Origin: Candidatus Electrothrix sp. GW3-4
GTDB taxonomy: Bacteria > Desulfobacterota > Desulfobulbia > Desulfobulbales > Desulfobulbaceae
Reading direction: 5' to 3'
DNA length: 32,000 bases
NCBI RefSeq assembly: GCF_037902255.1
Contig: NZ_CP147990.1
Coordinates: forward strand, 120,001-152,000
Numbering within the stretch: the first letter of the stretch is position 1; every line of letters starts with the position of its first letter. A model generated the notes under the pieces. That model was given only the letters and a program-made list of their open reading frames with translations, did no database searches and had not been told where the DNA came from. A program made the translations under genes and the position numbers. Below are positions 8,525 through 17,161 of the stretch, one piece after another.

Positions 8525-9450
8525 TGAATAACGATCAGGAGGATTATCAACCTGTGATTCTATGTCATGCGGCATGCACAGGTGGTTCCTTGATATATAG
8601 GCTTCTAGTATCGTCTTTTCAATTTACTGGTATTAGTGAAATAAGCCACGCTTGGTACCCAAACCCTAAGTCTTATTGGCCACTTGATCCAGAAGTGCAA
8701 CTTTATACTCAGGGAGTTATTTCTGATACATTATTCACTGAAATTTTTTATAAAAGAATTCGTCATTGTGAGAAGCTTGTCAGGGAAACAGGAAAAAAAA
8801 TGTTGATTAGGGAGCATACACACCGATATTTTTTTAATCCTCATCATGATAAGAGCACGTTAGAGAGTATATCCTGGGTTAATGATGCTTTTAGTAAAGG
8901 GCGAGATGAATCATTAAATTGTCTTTTATCTGTTCGTGACCCAATTGATTCCTGGCTCGGTCTACGGCATAATTTTCCCGAAGAACAACCAACTGTATTT
9001 GATGAGTATTGCGAAAAATATTTGTTTTTTTTGGATAAGGTTGAGAGGACGAAGCGCGTTCATCTTTTTAAATATGAGGATATGATTTCCTCTCCTCAAG
9101 AGGTTCTTCTAAAAATTGGAAAATTTCTTGGTCGTTTGCCAGTTGATCTTGATTTTGAAAAGAATTCTCAGGTCATAAGCTCAGGGAATTCCGGGAGGCA
9201 ATCTTCTGCTATTTATGCTCGCCCACGTCGACCGTTCACGAGTCGGCTTGTTCGAGCAGCAAAGGCCTCAAAAAACTATGTGGAATTATGCGAGCGTCTC
9301 AATTATCCTTGTCTCTTTGACAATCTTTCTTCCTTGGACAACAGGATGATGTTTAAAACGTATTTGAATAATATACTCCATGTCTGTACAAAAAATGCTC
9401 TTAAGCCATTTAATCAGATAGCTCGTAAGTTTCCAATGATAAGAGATTGA
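8521..9450 (+). CDS. Divergent sulfotransferase-like protein (ST2)
   Basis: 309 aa. It carries a 3'-PB-like SVRDPIDSWLG and a C-terminal FKYEDMISSPQEVLLKIGKFLG. The N-terminal loop is atypical (VILCHAACTGGSLIYRLL) and has no Arg/Lys in the P-loop. ATGA overlap with the upstream gene. Confidence 0.5.
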   Translation: MMNNDQEDYQPVILCHAACTGGSLIYRLLVSSFQFTGISEISHAWYPNPKSYWPLDPEVQLYTQGVISDTLFTEIFYKRIRHCEKLVRETGKKMLIREHTHRYFFNPHHDKSTLESISWVNDAFSKGRDESLNCLLSVRDPIDSWLGLRHNFPEEQPTVFDEYCEKYLFFLDKVERTKRVHLFKYEDMISSPQEVLLKIGKFLGRLPVDLDFEKNSQVISSGNSGRQSSAIYARPRRPFTSRLVRAAKASKNYVELCERLNYPCLFDNLSSLDNRMMFKTYLNNILHVCTKNALKPFNQIARKFPMIRD

Positions 9451-9462
9451 AAGGAAAATAAA

Positions 9463-9489
9463 ATGAGCATAACTTATAGTTATGCTCAT
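9463..9489. repeat. Perfect 11-bp inverted repeat with 5-nt loop (ATGAGCATAAC-TTATA-GTTATGCTCAT)
   Basis: Read directly from the sequence. It begins 13 nt after the TGA at 9448-9450 and is not followed by a T-run. Confidence 0.85.
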
Positions 9490-9556
9490 CAAGTGCCATT
9501 ATTGGTCGTATCTTCTGGTAAATAAAAAGAATATAACCGCTTATATTGTATCTTTA

Positions 9557-9600
9557 AGCACAGCTACTGTCGCGTGCTGTGCTGTAGTATTATTTTTATA
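9557..9600 (+). terminator. Candidate weak intrinsic terminator / operon break
   Basis: An 8-bp stem AGCACAGC (9557-9564) pairs with GCTGTGCT (9576-9583) across an 11-nt loop, followed by T-rich GTAGTATTATTTTTATA. The loop is long and the stem short, so this is marginal. Confidence 0.25.
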
Positions 9601-9605
9601 AGTTT

Positions 9606-10460
9606 ATGAAATTGTCAATTATAACTATAAATTTTAATAATTATTCAGGAATAAAAAAAACAATTGAGAGTGTTGTAGGGCAAAAGTGTAGTAACTTAGA
9701 ATATATAGTTATTGATGGTGATTCAACGGATGGTAGTGTTGAACTGCTGAAGAAGCATGACAAAATGATAGACTTTTGGGTTTCAGAGAGAGATCGAGGT
9801 ATCTATCATGCCATGAATAAAGGGATTCAAAGAGCAACCGGTGATTATCTCCTGTTTTTAAATAGCGGAGACTGGCTCGTTGATGGAATATTAGATGGCG
9901 CGGAGAGTTGGGAATGGAATAAAGACCTACTGTGCTTTAATTCATATCATTATTTTAGTGAAAAATATACCTCTCAGCAGAAACCTCCTGAAATCCTTGC
10001 TCCTAGACACTTATTTTGTAAAAATATCAATCATCAATCTGTTTTTTTTAAAAGGGAATTATTTGACAAATATGGGATGTATGATGAGTCGTATAAAATA
10101 TGTGGGGATGTAGATTTTTTTCTTAGAGTGGTTACTGATGGAGCTTGTTCTGTACATGTAGACAATTTCTTAGTGTATTATGATCGACATGGGGTGAGTT
10201 CAACAAATCCTCAGCTTGTGCAAGAAGAAAGAGAGAGAGCTGTGCAACGATATTTTAATAGCGCGTTTTTTAGAGATTATGAGTATTACAAAAGACGCGA
10301 GGAAGATCTGGAAATTCTCTTGTGGTATAGAGAACAGGAAAAATTATATAAGCTTTTATTGGTTGGATATAGCTTCCTGAATTCAGTGTATCGATTTATA
10401 GAAAAAATTAAGAAAAAAATATCGGTTCCCTCAGCTTCCACTCGGAGGAGTGTATCTTAA
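9606..10460 (+). CDS. Family 2 glycosyltransferase
   Basis: 284 aa. LSIITINFNNYSGIKKTIESVVGQKCSNLEYIVIDGDSTDGS, then YHAMNKGIQRATGDYLLFLNSGD (DXD-equivalent) and CGDVDFFLR. Confidence 0.9.
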   Translation: MKLSIITINFNNYSGIKKTIESVVGQKCSNLEYIVIDGDSTDGSVELLKKHDKMIDFWVSERDRGIYHAMNKGIQRATGDYLLFLNSGDWLVDGILDGAESWEWNKDLLCFNSYHYFSEKYTSQQKPPEILAPRHLFCKNINHQSVFFKRELFDKYGMYDESYKICGDVDFFLRVVTDGACSVHVDNFLVYYDRHGVSSTNPQLVQEERERAVQRYFNSAFFRDYEYYKRREEDLEILLWYREQEKLYKLLLVGYSFLNSVYRFIEKIKKKISVPSASTRRSVS

Positions 10461-11502
10461 GGTGAGTGAATATTTAGGTGAGAATTTAATTTTTCTTATT
10501 TCACAACCGAGAGCTGGCTCTACATTATTACAGACACTTTGCTCTAATCACCCGCATATTGCAACCTCAGCTGAGCCGTGGCTTATGCTGCATCTTGTTT
10601 ATGCTCTTAAGGCTGAAGGGATAAGCGCAGAATATGATGCCAAACATGCGCATAATGCACTTGTTGATTTTCTCGCTTTGAGTGCTGATGGTGAAAAAAC
10701 ATATTACTCTGGCATCAGAGCGATGGTCCATGTCCTCTATGGCAAGGCAATTGAAAAATCGCAGAAGAAATTTTTTCTTGATAAAACTCCAAGGTACTAC
10801 AGTATTATCCCAGAATTATATGAAATTTTTCCTCGCGCTAAATTTATTTTTCTTGTAAGAAATCCTTTGTCTGTCCTTTCTTCGATTCTGTTTTCTTGGG
10901 CTCATGGATATTGGCCACAGCTTGCAAAAAACAGGGAAGACCTGATAACAGCTCCAGAGAAAATCCTAGATGGTATAAAGTTACTCGGAGATGATGCGAT
11001 TGTTGTACGCTACGAGGAGCTCGTGTCTCATCCTGAGAGCGAGCTCAAGAGATTATGCAAGCAGATAGGCATTGAGTATGATAGCTCTATGGCAAGTTAT
11101 ATGCACATGGATAAGGCTGCTGGACGGATGGGAGACTCGGTAGGAATCGTACAACATAATAAACCGTGCCCAACGAATCAGGCGAAGTGGATGCGACTTC
11201 TCGAAAATAAACAAACGCTGCATTTTACCCAGGCATATTTGACAGAGCTTGGTGAAAAAACAGTATCTGGTCTTGGATATTCCTATGGAGAGTTGGCAGC
11301 TCAGGTTGGTTTGACTTCACCGTGCGTTGGCTCATTTTTACCGTGGAAAGTTGCTATAAAAAGAAAGAAGGAAAAGACTTGGTTTGAGAAGAAGTACACA
11401 GACTACATTATGAAGATGCAGAAGACTCCTCCGAGAGGAAAACTTTTATTGCATTGGCTTTGGCTCAGGTTCGTCTCGATTGGGCTCAAGATAATGGTTT
11501 AA
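10450..11502 (+). CDS. Sulfotransferase-family protein (ST3)
   Basis: 350 aa, starting at GTG 10450 or GTG 10462. 5'-PSB IFLISQPRAGSTLLQTL, 3'-PB FLVRNPLSVLSS, and VRYEELVSHPESELKRLCKQIGIEY. Basic/hydrophobic C-terminal tail. Confidence 0.8.
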   Translation: MYLKVSEYLGENLIFLISQPRAGSTLLQTLCSNHPHIATSAEPWLMLHLVYALKAEGISAEYDAKHAHNALVDFLALSADGEKTYYSGIRAMVHVLYGKAIEKSQKKFFLDKTPRYYSIIPELYEIFPRAKFIFLVRNPLSVLSSILFSWAHGYWPQLAKNREDLITAPEKILDGIKLLGDDAIVVRYEELVSHPESELKRLCKQIGIEYDSSMASYMHMDKAAGRMGDSVGIVQHNKPCPTNQAKWMRLLENKQTLHFTQAYLTELGEKTVSGLGYSYGELAAQVGLTSPCVGSFLPWKVAIKRKKEKTWFEKKYTDYIMKMQKTPPRGKLLLHWLWLRFVSIGLKIMV

Positions 11503-11589
11503 TGCTCTGTTTTCGGTAGTTACATTTTTTAGGATCATGATGGTAGATGTGTTTGTACGCAAGCTGTTTGGATTCATTCTTTTTTTTAA

Positions 11590-11635
11590 AACTGTAAAGG
11601 AAGAAAGTTAACTGTAAAGGAAGAAAGTTTACTGT
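11590..11635 (+). repeat. Perfect 20-bp tandem duplication AACTGTAAAGGAAGAAAGTT x2 plus partial third copy (ACTGT), ending 1 nt before an ATG
   Basis: Copy 1 spans 11590-11609 and copy 2 spans 11610-11629, identical at 20/20 positions. TACTGT follows at 11630-11635 and the ATG is at 11637. Each copy contains an SD-like AAGGAAG. Confidence 0.9.
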
Positions 11636-11636
11636 T

Positions 11637-12524
11637 ATGCCTCCCTTAGTTTCTATTGTTCTCGCAAGCTATAATCAAAAAGAAGAACTTGAGCGCGCTT
11701 TTAACTCCTTACTTGCTCAAACTTATAAGAATATTGAAATTATAATAGTTGATGATTGCTCTACTGACAACGAATCACAAAGTTATATTAAATGGCTCAG
11801 AGAGCAACATCCAGATATCGTCAGATACCATCTTCAAGAGCAGAATGTAGGTATTCCTAAAAATAAGAATACTGGGTTTCGGATGGCTCGTGGAGAGTAT
11901 CTCACCTATTTGGACGGAGATGATCTCTATTATCCTGAGAAAATTGAAAGAGAGGTGGGGAGATTTGCGGCATCGCCTGAGTTAGATGTTGTCTATTCGA
12001 ATTTTCATTATGTTTCATCTTGCCAGCGTGAACCTACTCCTTGGAAAGGAACGGGGGACGAAATACATGAGGGGAACATTCTTGAGTATGTGATGACAAG
12101 AGATTTCCCAGGAAAAACTCTTTACCGGTTTGAGCTCATTAAAGCCTCGGTTATGAGGAAAATTGGTTTCCTTGATGAATCACTGGTTGCCTTTGAAGAT
12201 TGGGATTCAAGAATTCGCTACTCTGCTTTTGCTCGGGTAGGGTATTGTGACAACGTGGGATCAATTTATAATGTAAATGACCAGGGGATTTCTAAAAGAT
12301 CGCATAAAGCTGATTTGGCAGTGCAATCTCAAAGAGTTATGTTGAAAAATATCAATCTATTGAATGGCAGGGTTTGTTCCTGCGTAAAGAAAGAGATTAA
12401 AAAAAAATTTTTGGAAAAAAATTTCCAACAAATTCTCCATAATACTTCAATGAAAGAAAGGGGTTTTTTGTATTTTTTAACAAAAATAAAATATATTCTC
12501 TTGGTAAATGGTATTATTTTATAA
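11637..12524 (+). CDS. Family 2 glycosyltransferase
   Basis: 295 aa. PLVSIVLASYNQKEELERAFNSLLAQTYKNIEIIIVDDCSTD, then YLTYLDGDD (DXD) and FEDWDSRIR. Confidence 0.9.
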   Translation: MPPLVSIVLASYNQKEELERAFNSLLAQTYKNIEIIIVDDCSTDNESQSYIKWLREQHPDIVRYHLQEQNVGIPKNKNTGFRMARGEYLTYLDGDDLYYPEKIEREVGRFAASPELDVVYSNFHYVSSCQREPTPWKGTGDEIHEGNILEYVMTRDFPGKTLYRFELIKASVMRKIGFLDESLVAFEDWDSRIRYSAFARVGYCDNVGSIYNVNDQGISKRSHKADLAVQSQRVMLKNINLLNGRVCSCVKKEIKKKFLEKNFQQILHNTSMKERGFLYFLTKIKYILLVNGIIL

Positions 12525-12623
12525 ATTTTTGTAAAAAAATATTTTTCCAATTGTGTATATGGTTGTCTTGAAAAAATGAAAAAAGCAACCTTTCTTGTGT
12601 AATGTATTTAATAATATGAAATT

Positions 12624-13548
12624 ATGATGGATCCTTTTTTTAGTATAATAATACCTTGTTACAACTATGGAAATGTTGTTGGTGAGGCTATAGATAGTTG
12701 TTTGAATCAATCATATAAAAGTGTTGAAATTATCGTTGTTAACGATGGTAGTAAAGATTCTACCGAAGAAGTATTGAAGTTATATAGTGATAGAGCTACA
12801 GTTATCACACAAAAAAATAAAGGATTATCTCTTTCCAGAAACGTCGGGGCTAAAAATGCTCGGGGTGAATGGCTGCTGTTTCTTGACGCTGATGATCAGC
12901 TTATTGATGGAGCTTTAGAAGAACTAGCCCGCTGTGCAGAGCATTCTGAGGCAGGTGTGATTTTCGGAAGAACGAGACAACTTAAAGCAGGAAAGCTTAT
13001 CTCGAGATTTAACACCCAGCTTGAAGGCCCCCCCTCACCCTGCTTATGCTACTTTTTTTGAAACATTAATTGTCACCCCTGGCGCAGCGATTGTTAGAAA
13101 AAATGTTTTCACCAAGGTAGAAGGCTTTAAAGCTGGATTATCCTCTACTGAGGATAGACATTTTTGGCTTAAATGCGGGGTCACTACATCTTTTAAATTC
13201 TGCGAACAAGATGTCTTGCTGAAGCGAGTACATAAAGACTGTATGAGTTGGGATGTTAACAGGATGATTTATAATGGATATATTGTCCAGTTAGATTTCA
13301 TATCATGGTGTCAAAATAAAAATATCGATACTTCTTTTGTCAAGTATACTGGGGTAGATATAGTAGAAAAAAATATTAAAAGAGCTATTTGGTACAAAGC
13401 GTGGGATGCTATTTTGGCAATTATTCTTCATGCTCGATTTTATAATGTAACCTCAAAAAAGATAAAAATTATTTATAATATTATTCGCCTTTCCCCACTT
13501 CTACCCTCTTCGGTTATTACGCTTTTTCTTTATAAAATTTTGAAGTAG
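12624..13548 (+). pseudogene. Family 2 glycosyltransferase interrupted by a +1 frameshift at a poly(C) tract (or phase-OFF allele, or assembly error)
   Basis: ORF 12624-13061 encodes the GT2 N-half (FSIIIPCYNYGNVVGEAIDSCLNQSYKSVEIIVVNDGSKDST ... LLFLDADD). ORF 13021-13548, in the next frame, encodes the GT2 C-half (PGAAIVRKNVFTKVEGFKAGLSSTEDRHFWLK). The two frames swap exactly at C7 (13028-13034). Removing one C gives a continuous reading ...LEGPPHPAYATFFETLIVTPGAAIVRK.... Confidence 0.8.
13028..13034 (+). repeat. Poly(C)7 homopolymer at the frameshift point
   Basis: Sequence GAAGG-CCCCCCC-TCACC, counted directly. Confidence 0.95.
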
Positions 13549-13610
13549 TTTGTAGTGGAATGAGCATGTGCGAATATCGTAGGATAACGTCTTTTTGTTG
13601 ATGAAGTGGT

Positions 13611-14762
13611 ATGAATAAATTTTATGAGATCCATGCACAACTCTCTGCCTGCTTACAGGAGCGCAATCAGATTTTTCCACAAAGAGACGAAGAGAATGAT
13701 AGAAAGGTTCAGGAGGGCTTAGATAGTTTTGTAGATTATATTGATCAGTCTCTTGAAAAAAAATTTGTTATAGATCCTCAGCTGATAAGTAAAGTTCGAG
13801 CCGTCAGGCAACAGCCTGTTTTTTTGTGTGGAGCAATGAAAAGCGGTACAACTTTGCTCTTAGAACTCCTTGATGGGCACCCTGAGCTTATTACACTACC
13901 TGGTGATTCGTTTTTTATCGGTCGTATCCAAAAAGAGAAGCCCCCGTCACATGAAAATCTCAACGAAGCTTGGAGAGGATGGGTTAAGCGCATGGTTAAT
14001 CCTACCGGACAGGCACCGTTTTGGATTTTTGGAGAGCAAGTAGAGCCATATGTGTATTTTTATCAGGCTCTCCAACATTGGTATGACCAAATGCCGGATA
14101 CGTGGCGTTCATCGGTTCTGAGCGTAGTACTTGCTTATTTTTGCGCTAATCCTTCACGTCCCTTGTCGCCTAAATTATGGGTGGAAAAGACTCCAGGTAA
14201 TGAGTTTAAGGTGAAGGAGATTCTGGACGATTTTCCTTCTGCTCGCTTTATTCATATAGTGAGAGATCCAAGGGAAAATCTGGCGTCGTTGAAAAGACTA
14301 TATGCGACAAGAAACTGGTCGTGGCAACCCGCAGGTATCGCTGATATGCTCGCGAGGTCCTGTCGGGCAGCAGCTATGAATCAGAAAGAGTTGGGGCATG
14401 AGCGTTATCATGTACTTCGTTATGAAGACCTCACGGACGACCCCGCAGGGCATATGAAAAGAATTGGAGGATTTTTGGGGGTAGGGTGGCATGAAACTAT
14501 GCTGGGTCCCACCGTGAATGGTCTCTCAGCGCATGCGAATTCGATGTACAAAGAGCGGCAGGTGACAGGGGCTGTGAGGAAATCTCCGCAAAATAAATGG
14601 CGAACCGTATTAACCGGGCCGGAGCAACGAATGGCTCTCAATACTCGCAACTCTACGGGAGAACTTGGGTATTCTTGGGAAATTACTACGAAAGATACAT
14701 TGTTGCTCCCTCTTGATATGATTTGGGATAAGATAAAAAGAACTCTTAGGCTGGCAGGATGA
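13611..14762 (+). CDS. Sulfotransferase-family protein (ST4) with ~70-aa N-terminal extension
   Basis: 383 aa. 5'-PSB VFLCGAMKSGTTLLLELL, 3'-PB IHIVRDPRENLASL, and LRYEDLTDDPAGHMKRIGGFLGV. Confidence 0.85.
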   Translation: MNKFYEIHAQLSACLQERNQIFPQRDEENDRKVQEGLDSFVDYIDQSLEKKFVIDPQLISKVRAVRQQPVFLCGAMKSGTTLLLELLDGHPELITLPGDSFFIGRIQKEKPPSHENLNEAWRGWVKRMVNPTGQAPFWIFGEQVEPYVYFYQALQHWYDQMPDTWRSSVLSVVLAYFCANPSRPLSPKLWVEKTPGNEFKVKEILDDFPSARFIHIVRDPRENLASLKRLYATRNWSWQPAGIADMLARSCRAAAMNQKELGHERYHVLRYEDLTDDPAGHMKRIGGFLGVGWHETMLGPTVNGLSAHANSMYKERQVTGAVRKSPQNKWRTVLTGPEQRMALNTRNSTGELGYSWEITTKDTLLLPLDMIWDKIKRTLRLAG

Positions 14763-15667
14763 GTAAACAGGAACATGATGCAGCAGTAGCTGAGCTGAGA
14801 AAAGGCATCAGCACGCTTGCTAAACCCTGGTACAGGAGCAGCTCAGAACTTTTGATCAGGATGGGGATTCAAGGAAAGAAGTGTTTGGATCTCTGCTGTG
14901 GAAATGGTGAGTTCTCCCATATTTTAAGAGATCGGCATGCAATGGATGTTACCTGTGCTGATTATATCCCATTCCATCTCCAACATGCTCAGGATCAAGG
15001 CTTTTCCACCATTTTGGTCGATATTGATGCCTCAGAGAAGGAGGTTGACGTAGCAGCAGCCCCTCATGTTGGCCAGTTTGACCTTGTTGTCAATCTGGCA
15101 GCAATTGAGCATGTCTTTAACTCAGATAATCTATTACGTTTCGCCCATACTGTCCTGAAACCAGGAGGACTCTTGCTGGTGAATACCCCGAATATTGGTT
15201 TTCTGGCGTATAGAATGTATGACCTCTTTTCTGGAAACAGGCCATTTGGTGAGGGGCATCATATTCGATTTTGGGATTATCGCTTCCTTCGTACGAATCT
15301 TTTTCTTAATGGCTTTGCAGTCACGGAGGATGCCAGAGGCTTCTATTCACTTCCACAAGACGCTATGCTAAGGGCCTTTCGGAATAAGAAACGGTTAGCC
15401 GCCGGGATTAGCTGGCTGTTTCATGGTTGTAGCTTGCTTCAATATCTTCCTTTTTTAAAAGGGCTTTGTAGTGACGAACTCACGGTGTTAGCTGTTAAGG
15501 AAAGTACTCCTGCCATAGGGTTTGAGCTTAATAGAGTGCAGCGGTTCCTTGGTGAACAGCAAGGGGATTCAGAGGAGAGTGCAGCGAAAGACCGACTAAA
15601 GGAAGCGAGGCGAAGGGGCTGGTTAGACGAGCATCTCTACTTATCTCAATTGGTGGATAGGTTATAG
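14759..15667 (+). CDS. Class I SAM-dependent methyltransferase
   Basis: 302 aa. Motif I CLDLCCGNGEFS, then FDLVVNLAAIEHVFN and LKPGGLLLVNTPN. ATGA overlap with ST4. Confidence 0.85.
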   Translation: MSKQEHDAAVAELRKGISTLAKPWYRSSSELLIRMGIQGKKCLDLCCGNGEFSHILRDRHAMDVTCADYIPFHLQHAQDQGFSTILVDIDASEKEVDVAAAPHVGQFDLVVNLAAIEHVFNSDNLLRFAHTVLKPGGLLLVNTPNIGFLAYRMYDLFSGNRPFGEGHHIRFWDYRFLRTNLFLNGFAVTEDARGFYSLPQDAMLRAFRNKKRLAAGISWLFHGCSLLQYLPFLKGLCSDELTVLAVKESTPAIGFELNRVQRFLGEQQGDSEESAAKDRLKEARRRGWLDEHLYLSQLVDRL

Positions 15668-15701
15668 AGCGAATTTTGGGTATTGGAAGGAATGAGGAAA
15701 T

Positions 15702-16292
15702 ATGCAGATACAACATAGGGCCTGGGGAATAGGTCTAGGACGAACCGGAACCACGAGTTTTTGTGAAGCCTTGTGTGTTCTTGGATATCAGAATGTCGTC
15801 CATAATCCGACTTTTGAGGAGTTAAAAGATCTTGATGGGGCGGCTGATAACGGCTGCACGATTTTTTACAAGTATCTTGATTATAAGTTCCCAGGCTCAA
15901 AATTTGTGTTATTGACACGGGAGTTGAAGCCTTGGCTCGACTCTGCCGAATATATTCATGGGCATAAGCCTGTTGATCGCTCTGAGGACCTCGTGATCAT
16001 GCGGCGTATGCTCCTTTATGGGACAGTAGTTTTTGACCGAGAAAAATTTATTGAAACCTATCATCGTCATCATGAGGAAGTGCGGAATTATTTTAAAGAC
16101 AGGCCTGGTGATTTGCTGGAGATGGATATTACGGCTGGTGATGGTTGGGAAAAGCTTTCTCCCTTCCTCGGACTTGCTGTACCTGATCAGCCTTTTAGCT
16201 CTCGGAATCAGAGAAACGATGGGGTTACTTCTGGATCGGGCCTTGTTGCCAAAAAAATCGTCCAAGCAAAAAACAAGTTCTTTTCTCGATAG
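15702..16292 (+). CDS. Sulfotransferase, Sulfotransfer_4-like small family (ST5)
   Basis: 196 aa. WGIGLGRTGTTSFCEALCVLGY at the N-terminus, FPGSKFVLLTRELKPWLDS, and C-terminal GDLLEMDITAGDGWEKLSPFLGLAVPDQPFSSRN, which closely follows the family's conserved GWepLC.FLg.pvP..pFPh.N ending. Confidence 0.8.
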   Translation: MQIQHRAWGIGLGRTGTTSFCEALCVLGYQNVVHNPTFEELKDLDGAADNGCTIFYKYLDYKFPGSKFVLLTRELKPWLDSAEYIHGHKPVDRSEDLVIMRRMLLYGTVVFDREKFIETYHRHHEEVRNYFKDRPGDLLEMDITAGDGWEKLSPFLGLAVPDQPFSSRNQRNDGVTSGSGLVAKKIVQAKNKFFSR

Positions 16293-16345
16293 CGGAATTT
16301 CCAGAAGATGATGTCTCCTCTCCTCTTTCTATAGCACCGTTTCCA

Positions 16346-17128
16346 ATGAGCATGATGAGGAAATATTGGTATCTTTTCCTGAAGCATCAGGACTACATGT
16401 TGGGCCTATGGGTCTGCAAAGCGATGCAATGGAGAGGTTTTTCATCGCATCCCATACATCCTAAACATCTTTTCGATGTGCAGAGGTCCGAGTTTTTACA
16501 TGGCTTGTTTCAACCGCGTATTAGATTTCTTGATCTTGGCGCAGGGGTGGGGACAGACTGTTTGCTTGCGGCAGATAAAGGCGCAATATTCTCCGTTGGT
16601 TTAGAAGGGAACTGGCGGAGTATCCAGACAGGGGTGGAACGCGCAAAGAAAAAGAAGAGTACGGCTGAATTCTTGCAGATTAATTTGGAGCAGGGATTGT
16701 TGCCTTTCGCTGATGAGAGCTTTGACCTTATTAATTTTTCTAATGTGCTGGAGCATCTCCATAATAGAGCCGGGATATTGTCGGAGCTAAAGAGGGTCAA
16801 AAAAAAAGACGGATTAGGGGTTATATCTGTACCAAATGCCAATACCAGCTGGAAGAAGAAGCTTAAAGCAGCTGGATTAGATCCAAGAGATGATCCAGAC
16901 CATAAAATTGAGTATTCTCAAAAGTCTTTAGCTGAAGAACTGCATGCTGCTGGTTTGAGTATCTGTTCGGAGCTTATGCCTATAATCCCCAGTTTCCCTT
17001 GGAATGGGCTTATTGCGATGAGTGCGGCTTTATCACCAGTTTTGTACAAAAGATTGCAGCAGGCTAAGCGTGAGTATGTGCTAGCGCACCCAGATGAATC
17101 AATTGGCTGGGTTTTCACGGTCAAGTAA
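16346..17128 (+). CDS. Class I SAM-dependent methyltransferase
   Basis: 260 aa. The exact start among the ATGs at 16346, 16352 and 16355 is uncertain. Motif I is IRFLDLGAGVGTDCLLAA, followed by FDLINFSNVLEHLHN. Confidence 0.85.
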   Translation: MSMMRKYWYLFLKHQDYMLGLWVCKAMQWRGFSSHPIHPKHLFDVQRSEFLHGLFQPRIRFLDLGAGVGTDCLLAADKGAIFSVGLEGNWRSIQTGVERAKKKKSTAEFLQINLEQGLLPFADESFDLINFSNVLEHLHNRAGILSELKRVKKKDGLGVISVPNANTSWKKKLKAAGLDPRDDPDHKIEYSQKSLAEELHAAGLSICSELMPIIPSFPWNGLIAMSAALSPVLYKRLQQAKREYVLAHPDESIGWVFTVK

Positions 17129-17161
17129 TGAAGCATATTTTTAGTTTAGCGATGTGAGAGT

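Noticed and set aside
12399-12407. A9 tract, and other A/T runs of 8 or more (e.g. A8 near 8813, T8 near 26352), as phase-variation sites
   Set aside because: They are expected by composition in AT-rich, Lys/Phe-rich coding sequence. All are in frame, and none coincides with a disrupted ORF.
15909-16311. Overlapping ORFs 16033-16311 (+, 92 aa) and 15909-16265 (-, 118 aa)
   Set aside because: They lie within the Sulfotransfer_4-like gene, whose frame shows end-to-end family conservation. The alternates have no recognisable features.
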